Source: Nitrospinaceae bacterium
GTDB lineage: Bacteria > UBA8248
Direction of reading: 5' to 3'
Assembly: GCA_018669005.1 (NCBI GenBank)
Contig: JABJAL010000103.1
Span: 42,931 to 106,930 of the forward strand
DNA length: 64,000 nucleotides
In this document: positions 61,579 through 64,000 of the stretch, one piece after another
Layout: each line of letters begins with the position of its first letter
How positions within the stretch are numbered: position 1 is the stretch's first letter
Translations under genes and position numbers: made by a program
The notes under the pieces: model-generated
The model's database searches: none
What the model was told of the DNA's origin: nothing
What the model saw: the letters and a program-made list of their open reading frames with translations, nothing else

Positions 61579-62568
61579 ATGAAAAAAAGGTTGATTTCTT
61601 TATTTTCGGCATTGGCTTTTTTGGCGGCTATTGCAAGTCCTTCTGCCCTTTCCGCCGAGGCGGCAAGTCCTTCTGATTTGCCTTGCCGGGCCGTGAAGCT
61701 GATTGTTCCATGGGGTGCTGGCGGTGGCACGGACGTTATCTTCCGTATCGTTGCGCGCGCGGCGCAAAAACATCTTGGCAAGGATATTATTGTACAGAAC
61801 ATAGGTGGTCAGGGTGGTAACAAGGGAGCCAAGGTGGCGAAGGCTTCCAAACCCAACGGTTGCACTTTGTTTGCTGGCCACGACTCGATGCATACGTCTT
61901 ATGTACAAGGTCGGGTAAATTTTTCGTTTTTCGCTTTCGAGCCTCTCGTTCTTGTAACGCACACTCCATCTATCATCGGTGCGCATCCTGGGGTGCCCTG
62001 GAAGACAGCAAAGGCTCTGGTTGCCGATATGAAGAAAAATTCCGGCAAAAAAGTGCTTTTTGGTGCCACTCTGGGTTCGACGAGCCACTTTTTCCCTGTC
62101 TTGATTGAGGCTGGAACCGGCGTGAAGTTCAAGTATGTCGGCTACGATGGAACACGCCAGAGAATGACCGCCCTCCTTGGGAAGCATATCCAACTTGGCG
62201 AACTGAATATTTCATCCGCTAAAAAGTACTTAGGTAGCGGCAAACTTATCGGCCTTGGTATTGCACTTGAGAAACGTGACTCGCGTCTGCCGAACCTGCC
62301 CACTCTCAAAGAGCAGGGTATTAACGTTGTGACAGGTGTGAACCGCGGCGTTTTTGCTCCGAAAGGAACGCCGGACAATATCCAGGCGATTTTCGAGAAG
62401 GCATTCGGCAAAGCGATGAAGGACCCGGAGGTGGTGAAGAATCTCACCGCGAAAGGTGTAATCATTCAATTCAAGGGGCGCAAGGGGTATAGCGCTTTCT
62501 TGAAGGGAAGCGCCGCAAAAATTACGGGTGCCGCTAAGCGTGTCGGACTCTATAAGCGTAGCAATTAG
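61579..62568 (+). CDS. tctC: Tripartite tricarboxylate transporter substrate-binding protein (Bug/TctC family)
   Basis: ATG 61579 follows GGAGG. Signal peptide MKKRLISLFSALAFLAAIASPSALSA, then KLIVPWGAGGGTDVIFR. Confidence 0.8.
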   Translation: MKKRLISLFSALAFLAAIASPSALSAEAASPSDLPCRAVKLIVPWGAGGGTDVIFRIVARAAQKHLGKDIIVQNIGGQGGNKGAKVAKASKPNGCTLFAGHDSMHTSYVQGRVNFSFFAFEPLVLVTHTPSIIGAHPGVPWKTAKALVADMKKNSGKKVLFGATLGSTSHFFPVLIEAGTGVKFKYVGYDGTRQRMTALLGKHIQLGELNISSAKKYLGSGKLIGLGIALEKRDSRLPNLPTLKEQGINVVTGVNRGVFAPKGTPDNIQAIFEKAFGKAMKDPEVVKNLTAKGVIIQFKGRKGYSAFLKGSAAKITGAAKRVGLYKRSN

Positions 62569-62665
62569 GTAGCTGATAATTCGAACAAGGGGGGTGGTCG
62601 TTTAGGGCCGCCCCTCTTGTTCTTTTTTTGCGATTTGTGATTGGGTGAAAATTTTGGGGGTTTAG

Positions 62666-63148
62666 ATGCGCTTTCGCGCGGATACCATTATCGGGGCCAT
62701 ACTTGTTGTTCTGATCGTCACCTTGTTCGCTATGTCGTTCGCCCTTCCTCCTGCGCCATATGAGACGATGGGGCCTGCTCTTTTTCCGCGTATCCTTCTT
62801 GTCGCGCTTTTCCCTCTTTGTACCATCCTTTTTGTGAAGAGTTTTCTTGGCGATATGAGAGCAAGGCCCGAGGCGTTGCGCCCATTTGCCGAGTGGTTTC
62901 AGGATTATAGGAATGTTCTGGCGAGTTATGCCCTGTTTTTCATGTTCGCCCTTGCCCTTCCTTGGGCGGGATATGTGGCATCGGGTTTTGTTTTTCTTTT
63001 ATTCATGCAGGTGTTGTTGGGCCCGAAAAGCTGGGCCAAAGTGCCGCAATATTTGGCTGTGACCATCGGCGTGTTGGTTGCTCTTTATGTCTTGTTTCGG
63101 GTGGTTCTTCTCGTTTTATTGCCCGAGGGTGAAATCGGTCTGATGTAG
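62666..63148 (+). CDS. tctB: Tripartite tricarboxylate transporter small permease (TctB)
   Basis: Four TM segments, 160 aa, lying between tctC and tctA. Confidence 0.7.
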   Translation: MRFRADTIIGAILVVLIVTLFAMSFALPPAPYETMGPALFPRILLVALFPLCTILFVKSFLGDMRARPEALRPFAEWFQDYRNVLASYALFFMFALALPWAGYVASGFVFLLFMQVLLGPKSWAKVPQYLAVTIGVLVALYVLFRVVLLVLLPEGEIGLM

Positions 63149-63179
63149 CGCTGAGATTCATTGGGGTAAAGGAGTCGAG

Positions 63180-64000
63180 ATGGTAATGGAGAATTTGGGT
63201 CTGGCATTTGCCGCTGTTTTTGAGATCAAAACGGTGATTCTTATTTTTGCCGGCACCTTGGCCGGCATTGTTGCAGGAGCCATTCCCGGGTTCACTATCG
63301 CGATGGCGGTCATACTTACGCTTCCCTTTACTTTTGGCATGACCCCTCTCCAGGGTTCTGCGACGATGATGGGTGTTTTCGTCGGTGGCTATTCTGGGGG
63401 CCTTATTTCTGGAACCCTCCTGGGAATCCCCGGCACACCTTCGTCGGTGGCGACGACATTCGACGGTTTTCCGATGGCGCGCCAGGGAAGGCCTGGTCTG
63501 GCGCTTGGTGTGGGCGTCTGGTCTTCGTTTTTCGGTGGTCTTATCGGGGCGGTGTTCCTCGTTTTGTTCGCGCCCCCCATTGCGCTGTTCGGCCTCAAAT
63601 TTGGTCCTTGGGAGTTCTTTGCCCTTATCGCGTTTGCGTTAACTATCATTGCAAGTCTTAGTAGCGAGTCCATGCTTAAGGGAGGTATTGCCGGGCTGAT
63701 GGGCTTGTTGGTAGCCACTGTTGGGGACGATGACATCACAGGTATTTCGCGATTCGATTTTGGCACCGAGGCCCTCAAGCAGGGTTTTGGATTTTTGCCA
63801 GTGTTGATTGGGCTGTTCGCATTTGCCCAGTTGATGGGGGATGTGGAAGGCGATAAGAAAGCTCAGGCCTCGCTCATGGATGTGGACGCTGAGGGTGTCG
63901 AGGTCGAACACTGGGAAGCGATCAAGACAGTTTGGCGCCAGCCTTTTAACCTTTTCCGGTCGGCCTGTATCGGGGTATTCGTTGGAGCGCTTCCGGCGGC
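63180..64000 (+). CDS. tctA: Tripartite tricarboxylate transporter large permease, 5' part (runs off the right edge)
   Basis: Not in the ORF track because there is no stop in the window. ATG 63180 follows AAAGGAG. It reads MVMENLGLAFAAVFEIKTVILIFAGTLAGIVAGAIPGFTIAMAVILTLPFTFGM...GIPGTPSSVATTFDGFPMARQG, matching the TctA at 42637-44157. Confidence 0.8.
   Translation, partial: MVMENLGLAFAAVFEIKTVILIFAGTLAGIVAGAIPGFTIAMAVILTLPFTFGMTPLQGSATMMGVFVGGYSGGLISGTLLGIPGTPSSVATTFDGFPMARQGRPGLALGVGVWSSFFGGLIGAVFLVLFAPPIALFGLKFGPWEFFALIAFALTIIASLSSESMLKGGIAGLMGLLVATVGDDDITGISRFDFGTEALKQGFGFLPVLIGLFAFAQLMGDVEGDKKAQASLMDVDAEGVEVEHWEAIKTVWRQPFNLFRSACIGVFVGALPA

Noticed and set aside
1-64000. Mobile elements, prophage, defence systems, rRNA/tRNA
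   Set aside because: I recognised no transposase, integrase, phage structural, restriction, Cas or toxin-antitoxin-like ORFs, no terminal inverted repeats, and no rRNA- or tRNA-like sequences on either strand.

Overview
Densely coding chromosomal segment from a moderately GC-rich bacterium; I cannot assign a taxon from sequence alone. I support about 75 protein-coding genes and recognise no rRNA, tRNA, CRISPR array, transposase or integrase. Recognisable modules are: a secreted Cys-repeat mini-protein next to a pentahaem cytochrome c (0.7-2.3 kb); thiE-thiL; an Fe-ADH / YqeC-like / M20 peptidase operon; an HpaB-like monooxygenase cluster; a spermidine operon (XRE-cupin regulator, speH-pdaD-speE-speB); citrate synthase; a cupin-rich stretch (eight cupin genes, 31.5-45.4 kb) around a tctCCAB tripartite tricarboxylate transporter; three tandem paralogues of an uncharacterised two-domain protein; a long minus-strand catabolic/transport cluster (M24 peptidase, cyclase, NitT/TauT-type ABC importer, BKACE, ThDP enzyme, MATE, PlsY-like); and a second tctCBA locus cut by the right edge. 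The most interesting observations are: (1) an AhpD/CMD-family gene whose two catalytic CxxC cysteine codons are both in-frame TGA, followed by a SECIS-like hairpin, giving a candidate UxxU selenoprotein; (2) an 89-aa secreted protein made almost entirely of NPCAAK hexapeptide repeats; (3) four small or disordered proteins sharing a YjfB-like C-terminal RGxx(V/I)N tail with sigma-28-type promoters, including one perfect sigma-28 consensus that points antisense. All family calls rest on motif recognition by eye; no searches were run.
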